Positions 34,881 through 49,941 of a DNA stretch of 64,000 nt are shown here, piece after piece (position 1 is the first letter of the stretch; each line of letters starts with the position of its first letter). The notes under the pieces were generated by a model. The model saw only the letters and a list, made by a program, of their open reading frames with translations. It was not told the DNA's origin and ran no database searches. Location: assembly GCF_006345805.1 (NCBI RefSeq), contig NW_021835991.1:124001-188000 (forward strand). Reading direction: 5' to 3'. The position numbers were made by a program, and so were the translations under genes. Source of the stretch: Octopus sinensis. Lineage: Eukaryota.

Positions 34881-36269
34881 AAAGTTGTAAGTCTATTTTA
34901 ATGAATTCTATTAACGCAATTTTCTAATAACCGCCATATGTTTGAAGAGGTGTAATCGTGGCGGCCGACAGTCGAGTGACTGTAGGATAAGGCGCCTCAA
35001 TGTAGTTATTCTGGAGTTAATTTAGTCACTGATATCTAAAAAGAATCCTCAATATTTTTAAGAATGCAGCTATCACGGCTCCTGGACCTTTAAACGTATG
35101 TGAAGTGAATAAGATAAGACAGGTTTATTTTCGCAAAGAGACAAAGTTAATGGCCAGTAGGATGCCTTACTCATAAAGTCGTCAATGGATATTTCCTTCT
35201 CTTCTGTTGAAACTTTCCTCAGAGGGGTGATAACGTGATCACATGGTTCTTATCGTGCAAAGTAAGCCTAACATTGACATTGAAAATAATGATACTGATA
35301 TTCCACGTTAAACTTTATCACTTCATCTGACTATACTTGGTGAAATACAACATACTATGCTCAATTCCAACTGCTCTAAAGGCAAGAATTTCACGCAAAA
35401 TGAATGGCTCATTTATACTCGAGTTCAGACCTCATGTGGAGGCTAAAATAACTTCCAAATGGAGCTTGATTAGCTAAAACTTTTTGGCTCGGATTTCCAT
35501 TAAATATGTGAAGTGAATCTTGTGTTTTAACGTGCCCGGAAATCTCATTTCAGTGATATATGAAAGACACCAATAATTTTTGTCTTTGTTTTCTTTTTTC
35601 CTTTAAAATAAAGTTATATAATTTTCAAATAGAAAATTGATAAAATCAAACGATTAAAATACACAAAATTTCCATTGACAAAATGAAATTGCAAAAAAAG
35701 ATTTTAAAATAGCAGATTAAAAAAATAAAATCAAAAAATTTCAAAAAGTGAAAGAAGCAGATTAGAGGAATAAAATCAAAAAAATCCAAAAATGATGAAA
35801 TTTCAGATAACTTAATCACTTAAGAAAAATTGCATCACGAAATATTCCTTCTGAACCCAATTAAACAAAAAAATTAATATAAAGTAGAATAAAAACAAGT
35901 ACAACAAAATAAAAATAACACGTGTGAGAGTTTAACAGGCTTTTATTAAAAATTCATCCAATTAAAAAATTCTTAATTAAAATTTATTTTATTTAAAAAG
36001 ACAAACTAAAAGTTTACTGAGAGGCTATAATTGAATCCTAGGGGTCACCTTTGGCCTCGGGCAACACACTTGGGAATCACTGATTTGGAGTAAACTAATA
36101 ATTACAATGTTCCAGTCACAACTCTATTAATTGATTTCTTATTATTTCAGTAAATAAAATTACAGTAAAGTCTTTCGAATCCGCCAATTATAACTAATAA
36201 TAAATTTTTTTCAAAAAATATAACGTACAAATTTCTCTTATGATGATATTTGAAATAAGAGAGGAAAGA

Positions 36270-36365
36270 GAGTATTCTTGGCTCCTGGAACGTCTGTCGA
36301 TTGCTGTGATCCGAGGGAACGGCTTCGCCATTCGCGAGGCTGGCCGGGTGTCTCGTGAGGCCAGT
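36270..36365 (+). pseudogene. CRE 3' tip
   Basis: YSWLLERLSIAVIRGNGFAIREAG. Confidence 0.65.
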
Positions 36366-36954
36366 AATTAGCTTAGCTATCTCTTCACTTCCATTCGCTA
36401 TAATCAATATTGTTAAAAAAAGAGAGGAAATGTGTTGAATAACTTAAGGTCTGACATTTCTTGTAAAAAATTTTAAGATTTAGTGAAATCGATAATGATA
36501 CGATTTCTTAGATTAATTTAATGGATGCTAAAAGAGCCACTCTGAACGATGAAATTATTACTAAAAAATCCAATATATTTGCTTCGAAACGAAGATCGGA
36601 TCCTCAAAATTGGCGGATTTGAGGGACTTTACTGAATTATCTTTCAATTTAAGTATTTTATCTCAGGTGACGTCATAAATTAGAATAATCTATTGTATCA
36701 TGTTTCATCAATGAATTTACTACAAGGAGAGAAAAATTTAAACATTTGAAGGCTTTGTTGAAGCAATTAAAAGCTATAAAAAACAAAATTTCAGAATAAC
36801 CGCAGCCGACTGCAAATAAGAACGGAAAAATACTATATCAAACCTGACACCATATTTTTTAAAATTAAATATATTCTCCTTTTAAATCTAAAATATTATA
36901 CAATCGTAAAACATGACTTTTAAAATGGTTAATAGATTAGATTTATTATATTAA

Positions 36955-37719
36955 TCAATCGTATTTTCGATATTTAGCAAATATCCCGAGACCCTAGAAT
37001 TATTAAAATAAATTAAATTACTGTTAGAATACAAATCAGAACTGCTCCAATGATTAAATAAATTTTATATTTCGTTAATAAATCATCAAGTCTTGCGGCA
37101 CATCCCTAAAAATATATTCATTATTAAATTACAGTGGTGTATATAATCTTGTATTTTGAAAAACAACTTGATGGAGGGCTCATACCTCTTGGAACATAAT
37201 CAAATGCGGAGTCTGCACCACAACATTCGAACGTTTTTTGAATAAAATCAAGGTTATATTTATTAAAATTGAAATTTTTGATTTCTCTCAGCAATTCTAT
37301 CCGTATCAAACTTATCATCTATAGATAGAACTATAATCATTAACTTGTGGTTTCTTCAGACAATAAAAAACTGTAGCAGCCAAAATCAGAGAAAATATGC
37401 AAAATAGACATATCGAGAACTATTTGTTAAATTGATTTTTAATTCTTACAAAAATACTGCAACATTGACTATTTGTTTTACAACAATAACAAATTCCGGA
37501 CAGCATTCCTATAAATGCAAATATTCCTGCAAAGAGGATTATAATTCCAGGTGTTTGTAAATAAATATTATTAAGTGCATATATCTGAATAGTATCTTTT
37601 AATATCACTACTCCGGCATAGCTGCCCAGTCCTCCAATGACCTGTTGTTCTGATTATTAGAAATTTACCCCCAATAGAATTATATTTACAGTAATCAGTA
37701 AGCTCGTACAAAACGCCAT
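36955..37719 (-). CDS. Tetraspanin paralogue 2 (6 exons)
   Basis: Same five tiny GT-AG introns as paralogue 1 and open after splicing. EC2 CCGADSAFDYVPRGMSPPSSC. Confidence 0.9.
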
Positions 37720-37880
37720 TTCTTCTGCAATTTAACGCTACTTTTAATTTTTATTTGGCGCAAATATCAAAGCCAATATTGACGCCAGAATTGAATTATA
37801 TTTACAGTAATCAGTAAGCTCGTACAAAACGTTATTTCTCTTGCAATTTAACGCTATTTTTAATTATTAAACATTTAAAT

Positions 37881-39865
<1,985 letters not shown>

Positions 39866-40309
39866 TAAATTAATCCAATGGATGCTAAAGAAGCCATTTT
39901 GAACAATGAAATTATTATCGGTAAACCTAAAATATTTGCTTCGAAACGAAGATAGGATCTTCGAAATTGGCGGATTTAAGGGACTTACTGAATTATCTTT
40001 CAATTTAAGTATTTTATCTCAAGTGATATTATAAATTAGAATAATCTATTGTATCATGTTTCATCAATGAATTTACTAAAACGAGAGACACTTTTAAACA
40101 TTTGAAGGCTTTGTCAAGGCAATTAGAAGCTATGAAAAAACAAAATTTCAGAATAACTGCACCCGACTGCAAATAAAAATAAAAAATACTATATCAAACC
40201 TGACACGATATTTATTAAATTAAATATATTCTCCTTTTAAATCTAAAATATTATACAATCGTAAAACATGACTTTTAAAATGGTTAATAGATTAGAGTTA
40301 TTATATTAA

Positions 40310-41073
40310 TCAATCGTTTTTTCGATATTTAGCAAATATCCCGAGACCCTAGAATTATTAAAATAAATTAAATTACTGTTAGAATACAAATCAGAACTGC
40401 TCCAATGATTAAATAAATTTTATATTTCGTTAATAAATCATCAAATCTTGCGACACATCCCTAAAATATATTCATTATTAAATTACAGTGGTATATATAA
40501 TTGTGGATTTTGAATAACAACTTTGTGGAGGGAGGATAGTCCTTGGAACATAATCAGCTGCGGAGTCTGCACCACAACATTCAAACGTTTTTTGAATAAA
40601 ATCAAGGTTTTTTGAATTAAACTTGAAATTTTCGATTTCTCTCAGCAGTTCTTTCCGTATCAAACTTATCATCTATAGATAGGACTATAATCATTAACTT
40701 GTGGTTTCTTCAAACAATAAAAAATTGTTGCAGCCAAGGTCAGAGAAAATATGCAAAATAGACATATCGAGAACTATTTGTTAAATTGATTTTTAATTCT
40801 TACAAAAATACTGCAACATTGACTATTTGTTTTACAACAATAACAAATTCCGGACAGCATTCCTATAAATGCAAATATTCCTGCAAAGAGAATTATAATT
40901 CCAGGTGTTTGTAAATAAATATTATTAAGTCCATTTATCGGAATAGTGTCTTTTAATATCACTACTCCGGCATAGCTGCCCAGTCCTCCAATGACCTGTT
41001 GTTCTGATTATTAGAAATTTACCCCCAATAGAATTATATTTACAGTAATCAGTAAGCTCGTACAAAACGCCAT
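40310..41073 (-). CDS. Tetraspanin paralogue 3 (6 exons)
   Basis: Same intron positions and open after splicing. EC2 CCGADSAADYVPRTILPPQSC. The flank 39800-40310 duplicates 36446-36955. Confidence 0.9.
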
Positions 41074-41370
41074 TTCTTCTGCAATCTAACGCTACTTTTA
41101 ATTTTTAAACATTTACACGATTGCTGCGGTTTTAAGCCACATAAAACCTCAAATAATCGTTAAATTCTGACTTTTCTTTGAATAATTTCCTGAATTTATC
41201 AGCTCAAAATTTAGGTCGGGATGATAGGTGGTCAAAGTTGGTTCACTTTCTGGGTACTTTGAAATAAATATGAAGTATTTGTTTTTTTAGGTGAAAAGAA
41301 TGGCCGGATATAGTTTTTTATTTTAAAATTTAATACATTTAATTATATATAAATTAAATTTTTAAAAAAA

Positions 41371-41963
41371 TTGATGTTTGGAGTTTGTCTGCGCCTCGGT
41401 CTCGGTCTACGCGTCTATGAAAAACACCAATGCCGATGCGGCGTGTGGACTGACGAGTTTGGATATCACTCCCTCTCATGTCGAAATGGAATTGGACGTT
41501 CCTCACGGCATTCCGAACTGAACCAGATTATCTGTCGATCTCTTCGAACTGCTGGATTCCACACACAATTGGAACCTGCAGGGATTTTCGTAGAGGACGG
41601 CAGAAGACCCGATGGGATGACCACATTTCCATTTCAGAGGGAAAGTGTCTGGTTTGGGACGTCACGTGTGTGAACTCCTTTTCCAATCAGAACATCAAAT
41701 TATGCATCGAGAATCCTGGAGCCCCGTCTGAACTGGCAGAGAAGAGAAAAGCTGAGAAATACGCTGGAATTGGGAATGGGAGATTGTTTGTCCCCTTGGC
41801 TATTGAGACGTCAGGAATACAGGGGCCTTCTACTCAAACCCAACTCCAGCGCATTGCCTCATTAATCGAAAGGGTTACCGGCGACCCGTGTGAGCACCGG
41901 TATTTAATCGAAAGAATATCTATAGCCATAGTCAGAGGCAATACTCTGGCTATCTGCCAATGA
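41371..41963 (+). pseudogene. 5'-truncated CRE-clade element (CCHC + REL endonuclease), one frameshift
   Basis: CRCG..HSLSC..RHSELNQII..EPAG..RRPDG..WDVTC..K..KY..PLAIETSG..IAIVRGN, followed by an A/TAA-rich tail. Confidence 0.88.
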
Positions 41964-42074
41964 CGATTTCTCTTTTGATTTGAAATAAAATAAAATTATA
42001 AAAAAAATAATAATAATATACAATCGTAGAACATGACTTCTAAAATGGTTAATAGATTAGTTAAAGTTATTATA

Positions 42075-44659
42075 TTAATCATTATATCTGCGATACATAG
42101 AAAATATCCCGAGACCCTAGGATTATTAAAATAAAATTGATTACTGTTAGAATACAAATCAGAACTGCTCCAATGATTAAATAAATTTATATTTCGTCAA
42201 TAATTCATCAAGTCTTGCGACACATCCCTAAAATATATTCATTATTAAATTACAGTGGTATATATAATTGTGGATTTTGTAAAACAACTTGGTGGAGGGA
42301 GAATAATCCATGGAATATAATCAGCTGCGGAGTCTGCACCACAACATTCAAACGTTTTTTGAATAAAATTAAGGTTTTTTGAATTAGAATTGAAATTTCT
42401 GATTTCTCTCAGCAGTTCTTTGCGTATCAAACTTATCATCTATAGATAGGACTATAATCATTAACTTGTGGTTTTTTCAAACAATAAAAAACTGTAGCAG
42501 CCAAGGTCAGAGAAAATATGCAAAATAAACATATCGAGAACTAGTTGTTATATTTATTTTCAATTCTTACTAAAATACTGTAGTATCGATCATTGTTTTT
42601 AAAATAATAAAAAATTCCGGACAGCATTCCTATAAGTGCAAATATTCCTGCAAAGAGAATTATAATTCCAGGTGTTTTTAAATAACTATTATTTAGCATG
42701 TGCTTCTGAATAGTATCTTTTAATATCACTACTCCCGCATAGCTTCCCAATACTCCAATGACCTGTTTTTATAATTACAGTGAATCCTCGCAAATTGGCC
42801 ACCTCGCAAATTGGCCAATTTTTAAATTGGCCAATTTTTTCACAATTTACTAAGAAAAAAATTAATTTTCTTAGTAAATTGGCCAATTCTCAAATTGGCC
42901 ACAATTTTTGAATTATTATTTTTTTTAATTAGAAAATAAACTATTTTTTTAATCACATGTCTTATAAAATTTCTCGTGGACGTTATACTCGGCTCACTTT
43001 TCTTGAAAAACACAAATTATAAACTACAAGGAAGAAAATGACAGTGTTTCGTGTCAGCTTCTGGCTGACAGATTCTCACATTTATTCCACAAGACGATCT
43101 CGAGAAAGACGATCAATAATCTACTGCTTAATAAAGACTCTATTTTACGGATTCGAAAATCTATCAAAATTCGTATAAAGCTGCTCACAAACCAAAATTT
43201 CCTACGCTTGAAGAAAAATTGATCGAATGGATGGATACAATAGAGTCTAAAGGTATTAATTGAAACCAATTTTTAGGTGGTTTTTTGAATGATTCCTTAA
43301 TATCGTGTAAGGCTGCGCATTTTGCCGAAGAGCTACAACTTAGTAACTTTAAAAATTCTAATGGATTTCTGGCAAAATTCAAAAAGAGACACGGTTTTAG
43401 AATGCTAAATTACATGGAGAGATGCGAACAGATAAAGTAGTTGACATTAATTCTTTTCGTGAAGAATTTAAAGAAATTTCTAAATCGTATAAGCCTGATC
43501 TAATTTATAATTTGGATGAAACTGCATTATACTACAAGCTTATTCCATCGAAAAGCGTATGCAGAAACCGATTCCAAGGATACAAAAATTTTAAAGACCG
43601 TGTGTCTATTATGCTTTGTTCAAACATGACCGGAAGTCATAAATTGAAACCTGTGATGATTGGAAAACCAAAATGCCTAGATGTTTTAAAAATTTTGACT
43701 ATGGATGTCTTGTCTCATATTATAGCTCACAGAAAGCTTGGATGACTGGATCTATTTTTATTGATTGGATTATTAGCTTTGATCTCCAGCTTAAAATTAA
43801 AAAGAAGAAAATTTTATTGCTAATAGACCACTGTCCTGCACATTCTATTCCTCAAAACTTGGATTGTATTAAGATTTTATTTTTTCCTAAAAATTCTACT
43901 GGATTACTACAACCAATGGATATTGGAATTATAAAAACCTTCAAGACTCATTTCATGAGAAGAAAGCTACAGTACTTAACTGATTTGCTGGAGACTGAAA
44001 ATATTTCTGTATACAATTCATACAAAAAATTGACATTAAAAGATGCAATTTTGTTTGTTAATATGGCTTGGGATGACGTATCTACTGAAACTATTCAAAA
44101 TTGTTTTAAGATTTTAAATGAATCTAATCACGAAAATACATTAATTGAACATTATGAGACTGAAATTGAAAGAACTGACATTTTCGATCCTCTAATGAGC
44201 GAAGATTTTCTAAATATCGAAAACACAGAAGATCAAGATATAAACGAAAATTGTTTACAAGAGGATCAAGAGTCTGAAATTAGCGACGAAGAGACAAAAA
44301 TCATATATCCACTCGATAGAAAAGATATTGCAAAGACATTAACTAGAATAGAAAGGCAACTTTACTGTAATGCAGAAAATGAGAATGATGTTTCGCTGAT
44401 TACTGCAATAAGAAAATACAAAGAAAATGTAAAAGAGCAAATAAAAAGGAATTAGGGATTGAATTTTATTTTAATAAAATTTAAACGTGTTTATTTTATT
44501 TTTTAAATATTGATTTTTTTCAAATTGGCCATTTTCTCAAATTGGCCATAAAATCTCTATGTACCAAAAATGGCCAATTTGCGAGGATTCACTGTATTAG
44601 AAATCTACCCCCAATAGGAATATATTTGCTATGATCAGAAATTTAGTAAAAAACTCCAT
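42075..44659 (-). CDS. Tetraspanin paralogue 4; intron 1 is expanded to 1846 nt by a pogo insertion, so function is uncertain
   Basis: Exon 1 at 44659-44609, intron 1 at 44608-42763, remaining exons at 42762-42075. All exons are open. EC2 CCGADSAADYIPWIILPPPSC. Confidence 0.8.
42778..44594 (+). mobile_element. pogo/Tigger DNA transposon (CENP-B HTH + DDE_1), frameshifted
   Basis: Perfect 24-bp TIR CAGTGAATCCTCGCAAATTGGCCA and a TA TSD. YNLDETALYYK, LLIDHCPAH, LLQPMDIGII. A 24-nt intron at 43253-43276 carries an in-frame TGA. Confidence 0.95.
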
Positions 44660-44949
44660 TTTTTCGGCAATTTAACGCTACATTTAATTTTAAAACATTT
44701 AAACAATTGCTGGGGTTTCAAGCCACATAAAACCTCAAATAATTGTTTGAAACTGACTTTTCTTTGTATAATTTCCTGAATTTATTAGCTCAAAATTTAG
44801 GCTGGGATGATAGGTGGTCAAAGTTTGTTCACTTTCTTGGGTACTTTGAAATAAATATAAAGTATTTGTTTTTTAAGATGAAAGAATGGCCGGATATAGT
44901 TTTTATTTTAAAATTTAATTATATTTAAATTAAATTTTTTAATAAATTG

Positions 44950-45410
44950 ATGTTTAGTTGTTGGTCGTTGATTTGTCGCCGACTATACAGTAATTCTCGA
45001 ATAAAGTAAAATATTTTAATATATTTTGTTTAAATTCCTCATATTTCTTATCGAAAAATAAAGAAATGATTTTATCATGTCACCCAGAAGTCACATTCCC
45101 CTACGAACAGTCAGAGGTAATCTCTCTAAATGACCAAACATTAGCCTCTACCAGAGAATTTCGAGGATCTTAAGCTTGTTGTTATATAAATCTCATCAAT
45201 TAGAACGAAAATGATTTAAAAGTACAAATTCATCCAAAATCACTTCTTCGGCAAACATCAAAGCCAATTTTGGCGGGAGAACTGGCTCAAATTTTTAACA
45301 CAACTCAAGTCTTGTGGAGACCACAGTACTTATTTTAATTTTCTTTCCTTTCTAGGCCCAAAAGACGGAGAAGGAGATCATATTTAGGACCAGAAAGAGA
45401 ACAATTATAA
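44950..45410 (+). CDS. MRPL42: Mitochondrial ribosomal protein mL42-like
   Basis: After splicing 45117-45144, 45178-45203 and 45326-45355 it reads MILSCHPEVTFPYEQSEPLP...ELAQIFNTTQVLWRPQPKRRRR, resembling the mL42 motifs IVCYHPSVDIPYEHTKPIP...LSKMFFTTKHRWYP (recalled, not searched). The 5' exon and start (44950 or 45066) are uncertain. Confidence 0.7.
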
Positions 45411-45505
45411 TGCTAATTTAATTAATAAATTTTTTAAATATTTATTTAATAAATTGAATTTAAATAAAATATTGTAGTGTATAGTTTAGTTGTGTGGAAT
45501 ATTTA

Positions 45506-46674
45506 ATGATGGCTTTTTTATCACCTTTTGATAGGACAAGTGAATTTAAATTAACAGCAAACTCAATGAAATCAAAAGTAAATAAATTTATAATAATTTT
45601 TTAATAAGAATTCACCTCCAATACGACAAAACACAATACCTCAAGAAAGAATAGAATTTATAAACATTTCTCAGTAAAAATTGCATATATTAACAACATT
45701 GCAGAGAATTAGCCAGAAATTTATCATTTTTGAATATGCGGATAGAAAAGCTATCAGAATGTATATTTATTCATTATATATCCCCGTCCAGTAGTATCTT
45801 CCAGCTCACTCTTTAACAGCAGGGCTAATGAAATTGAAAATCAGTTTTCAAACGTGGCCAAAGAACTACAATTGGCCTGTACTCACTACGATATGTTTAA
45901 AACTGTATTTTTAAATATTTATTTAACAAGAAATATTCAAAATGTCTAAATAGTGGAAGAAATCAGTCAAAAAATCATTTTATTTCAATTTCAGATTATT
46001 TGAACGTTTATTTATTATTTTGACATTCTAGTCACGAATATGTTCTATTAGTGATTATTTTAAAATTGTTTTGAGGGAATGGAGTTTGGTTAGTTTTTTA
46101 GAGTGTCTATTTTTTGACTAGAAACAACAATCTCAGCACACAAAACGTGAATTATTGGCCGACGGAGATTTAATTCCCGCCACTTTTCCAGTTTCTGTTA
46201 TCTCAAATGGTTTTGGGATATGGCATAATCTAGAAGAGGGCAATGCAGAGTGCCCTGCCTTAGTTCGGGCTAAAAACGCCCTTAGGAACAAGCCCGTGTC
46301 TGTGAACCTTGGAGGACTTGAAAGCAGTCGGGCACTTCACCAAGAAGAATTGTTCCAGAATATTCTAGAAGAACAGAGAATAGTGGATATTGAAGAAGTG
46401 AATCAAGTTAATGCCAAATTACAAGACCTAACAGGAATGTTTCAGCAGATTGCTCGAATTGTGTCAGAACAAGGAGAACAGATCAATCGGTTGGGATATG
46501 TGATTGACTGGAAATAGAATTGACAAGAATGTAGAAGAGACGGAGAATTATGTCGAGCAGGGATATCGGGAGTTGACTAAGTATTTGAATTCTATCTCAA
46601 AAAGTCGGTGGCTGTTTATCAAGATTTTTGCTATTCTATGTATATTCTTATTTCTGTTTGTTCTTATATTCTAA
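45506..46674 (+). CDS. STX5: Syntaxin-5/Sed5 (Qa-SNARE), about 320 aa
   Basis: Exons 45506-45577, 45609-45673, 45705-45760, 45792-45904, 45931-46005, 46032-46088, 46122-46489 and 46518-46674 (introns 26-33 nt; possible extra 24-nt intron at 46210-46233). N-peptide DRTSEF, SNARE motif MFQQIARIVSEQGEQINRID, SRWLFIKIF and a C-terminal TM anchor. Confidence 0.9.
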
Positions 46675-48799
46675 CTTTATTTGTGTTTTTGAATTATGAC
46701 TTATGAGATAAAGAAATTTAATATTAAATAAGTTTTGATTTGTGAAGCTGTTAATATATGTTTACTTTGCTTTGGAATCGTCAATATGTACTTTAAAAAG
46801 TTGTCCAGAATGTTTTTTAGCGAAATCTAAATTTAATTAAATGTAGAGGAAACACCAAAAAATGCTTTCTATATTTAAAGTGATTCAGTTTAATTCAAAA
46901 TTCACAAATTTTGCAATTAATTTAAAATATTCAGAAAACTTTTAAAATAGTTAAAATGTCTTTTTCAAAATAATTTCATTTAAATTTGACCAATCCTAAG
47001 GTGAAGTCCTTTGGCGTTTTGGAAATTGAAAAATTTACAGAAAATAATTTCCAGATAAAAAAGATAGAGATTTTAAAAATTTTTATTTGGAACAAATTTT
47101 TAAAAACAATTCTAACCTCTCTTTGGATACCTTACAAGCTATTTATATTTTAGAAAAAGTGTTTTTAAATAACTATAGTTTGCCTGTGCATTTAAATCCA
47201 TCTTTAGGATCTGTCCCAATACACTCCATTTGCATTTTGTAATTTTGGGAGATATTGGTTTGTTTGATGTCATATCATTAATTGTTTTATTGCTCAGCCT
47301 CAAATGTCATTTAAAGGCTAGAGTACGCAGAAGATGGTCTCTATAAAACGATTCTTGATTGAAATTGTCCGTTTCAAAAAGTCTCTATGTTCCGCATTAT
47401 AAAAGAAGATAAGTTTCACCAGAACTTCAAGTCAGTAATTCCGTTTTACAAATGAATAATTTTTTATTGATGGTGAAGTTGGCCGTAATTGCTTCAAACA
47501 TAATTACTTTAAACGTGTTTTTACTCTGATCTCTGTGGATATTTCCATGAGGGTCGTGATAGTGAACTGTAAAATAAATTTAGAGAGTGAACACACGGAT
47601 TTAAGAATTTAAATTATATATTTGATTATATTATTAAAGTTCAACATATTCAGAGGGAAACCTAAAACTTTATAAATTCACACTGTTTTATTAATTGTAC
47701 AGATCAGAATGTTCTTTTGTTGATTTTATTTTGCTGCAAATATTAATTTTTTATTCATAGTTATTATCATTTCTATTCAAAGACTTAATGGATATTAATA
47801 TTTACTCAGAACCTTCTATGAATTAAAAAAATTGTTGGTTATGAGTTTGTTTCTCATAATATCGAGATATGTATTATCCGTTAGTCTATGATTTAATAAT
47901 ATATTATTTCTATTCATTTTGATGCCTTCTTTTTAATGACCTAATTTTTTTAATTTCCATTGTCAATTCGATTCTCGATATGACCTATTTATAATTTTAT
48001 TTTCCAGAAGATTAAGTAATATATTTTCAATGTTTCCCAATGTATTACGTGACTAGCATTATTAAATGATTATTTATGCCTGTTATATTTTTATTCTGAC
48101 CCTAATACTTATTTTATTAAATATAACACTTTTTTACTATTTGATTTATTTTCATTTTTTTTTGTTTGGAGATGTGAGTAATTTTGTTATATTTTGTCTA
48201 TGCCGAGTACAAATAGAGTGATATCTCGTCCAATTTTTCTGAACCATTACGCACGATATCGTAAGATATGACACCATCGTTGTATCTATTAAAAAAGACA
48301 ACATTTGAGTTTATTTGTTTAAAAGCTCAATATTTTTGTGAATGGATAACATAAACAAAAATTGTTTTAAACTGCTGCGTATAAGATGGATGACCTGGCA
48401 GTTACCTCGGACGATCGCCAACGAGACTCTTTGGAAAAAGATGGAAAGTCTTGTTGGAATTCTTGTTTACCCTTGCAATCTTTGTCCTCAGCCGACGAAG
48501 GAAAGAAAAGTTTAGTCTTAATTTGTAACATGGTTATATTTTTTGACCTTGTAGACGTCAAAATAAAAGCTCTTGATTATCACAAACATTATTTTTATGC
48601 AACAATTATAAATTCTAACTATGCCTTGTACTGATTTAAATTAGTCTTTGTTCATTTACTTAAATAATTTAAAAAATTTATTTTTTTAATTGATAAACCT
48701 AAATATATTGCAAAATTTTTAACGTGGTAGATTTGTTTCTTGTAATGGGTTCTTATAGGGGTATGTCAAAGATTTTCCAGAGTATTGAATTTTAGTATC

Positions 48800-49110
48800 T
48801 CAAATCTGACGATCCAAAGCTCGTCATTAATTTGGACAACGAAACCGAGATGGAGTATTTAGCTAAATCTCTATATGAATATTCACATCGAGGAGTAAAC
48901 AAGATTGAGTATGTGTGTCGACAAAGAAACTTCATTGCCAAAAATGACATAATCAGAAAAGTCATTCGAAATTGTGAAGTATGTAAATTTTCCTGACCAT
49001 TGTAAGTTTTAATTCTTTTTAATTTTTAATGTAGGTTGTGATATGAATCATCATATTTTTGCTTCTTTTCCGAATGAAAGGTTTCAGCTAGATCTTGTAG
49101 ATCTAAATGG
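48800..49110 (+). pseudogene. Integrase HHCC/first-Asp remnant (Ginger/KRABA2-like)
   Basis: YSHRGVNK..VIRNCEVC..PNERFQLDLVDL. Confidence 0.6.
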
Positions 49111-49941
49111 GTTTAACAGTCATCGATGTTTAAGTAAGCTTTTAAACAATTTATTCAGATTTTCATTTGGAAATGACGACTAACACGCTACGTAATGAAG
49201 ATTTTATTAATTATATCGTGAGTACTAAACTTTTTTTAGCTCAAGGACTTAAATCGATAATTAAAAGTTCATTTAATGACCACACAAAAAATTATTTATG
49301 TTGTTAAATAAAAGAAAGAGTGACAAAAATAAGGCTTTATTTGGTTTGGAGTTTTATTTTGTAGTAACAGGGAGTGAATTCGAAAACAATGTACCCAAAA
49401 GTTGAATCAGATGTTCATCTTTTAATTGATTTCGATACTTTGTTTTTAATCGCGTAAGTTTGTTGAAAAGAGCTACACAAGCATATGTTGATCAAATATT
49501 CATGCATTTTTTGTGCATTACCAAACAAGTTCTGATATTTCTATTTTAAATTCGAATCAAAAATCCAGAAGCTCATTTGATTTAAATATCGCGGAAAGTT
49601 GTAAATCTGACTGGATTTTAATTAGCTTCAGTTGATATACGGATCGAACAGTTGCAGTGTCTGTTCCCATAAGTGATGAAAATATTTTCATAATAGGTAG
49701 AGATGTTTAAAATTGTTAAAACGTCTTAGATTTCCTTAATTAATGTACTAATTACAGATTTTTTAATAATTTTAAGCAGGCATCGTTGAGAATCATCGAA
49801 TGAAATAATTAATTAACATAATAATAAAATATGTCTATTCAATGTAGCAAAAAAATCAAATGTCAAATTTAATTTAAAGATAAAGAATTGACTTACAACT
49901 TCAGAAGGATTTCAAAGGAATTTCCATGGAATGGTCTATAG

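Noticed and set aside
48386-48634. Protein-like ORF MDDLAVTSDDRQ...
   Set aside because: Short, no family motif, and I could not build a consistent tiny-intron gene model.
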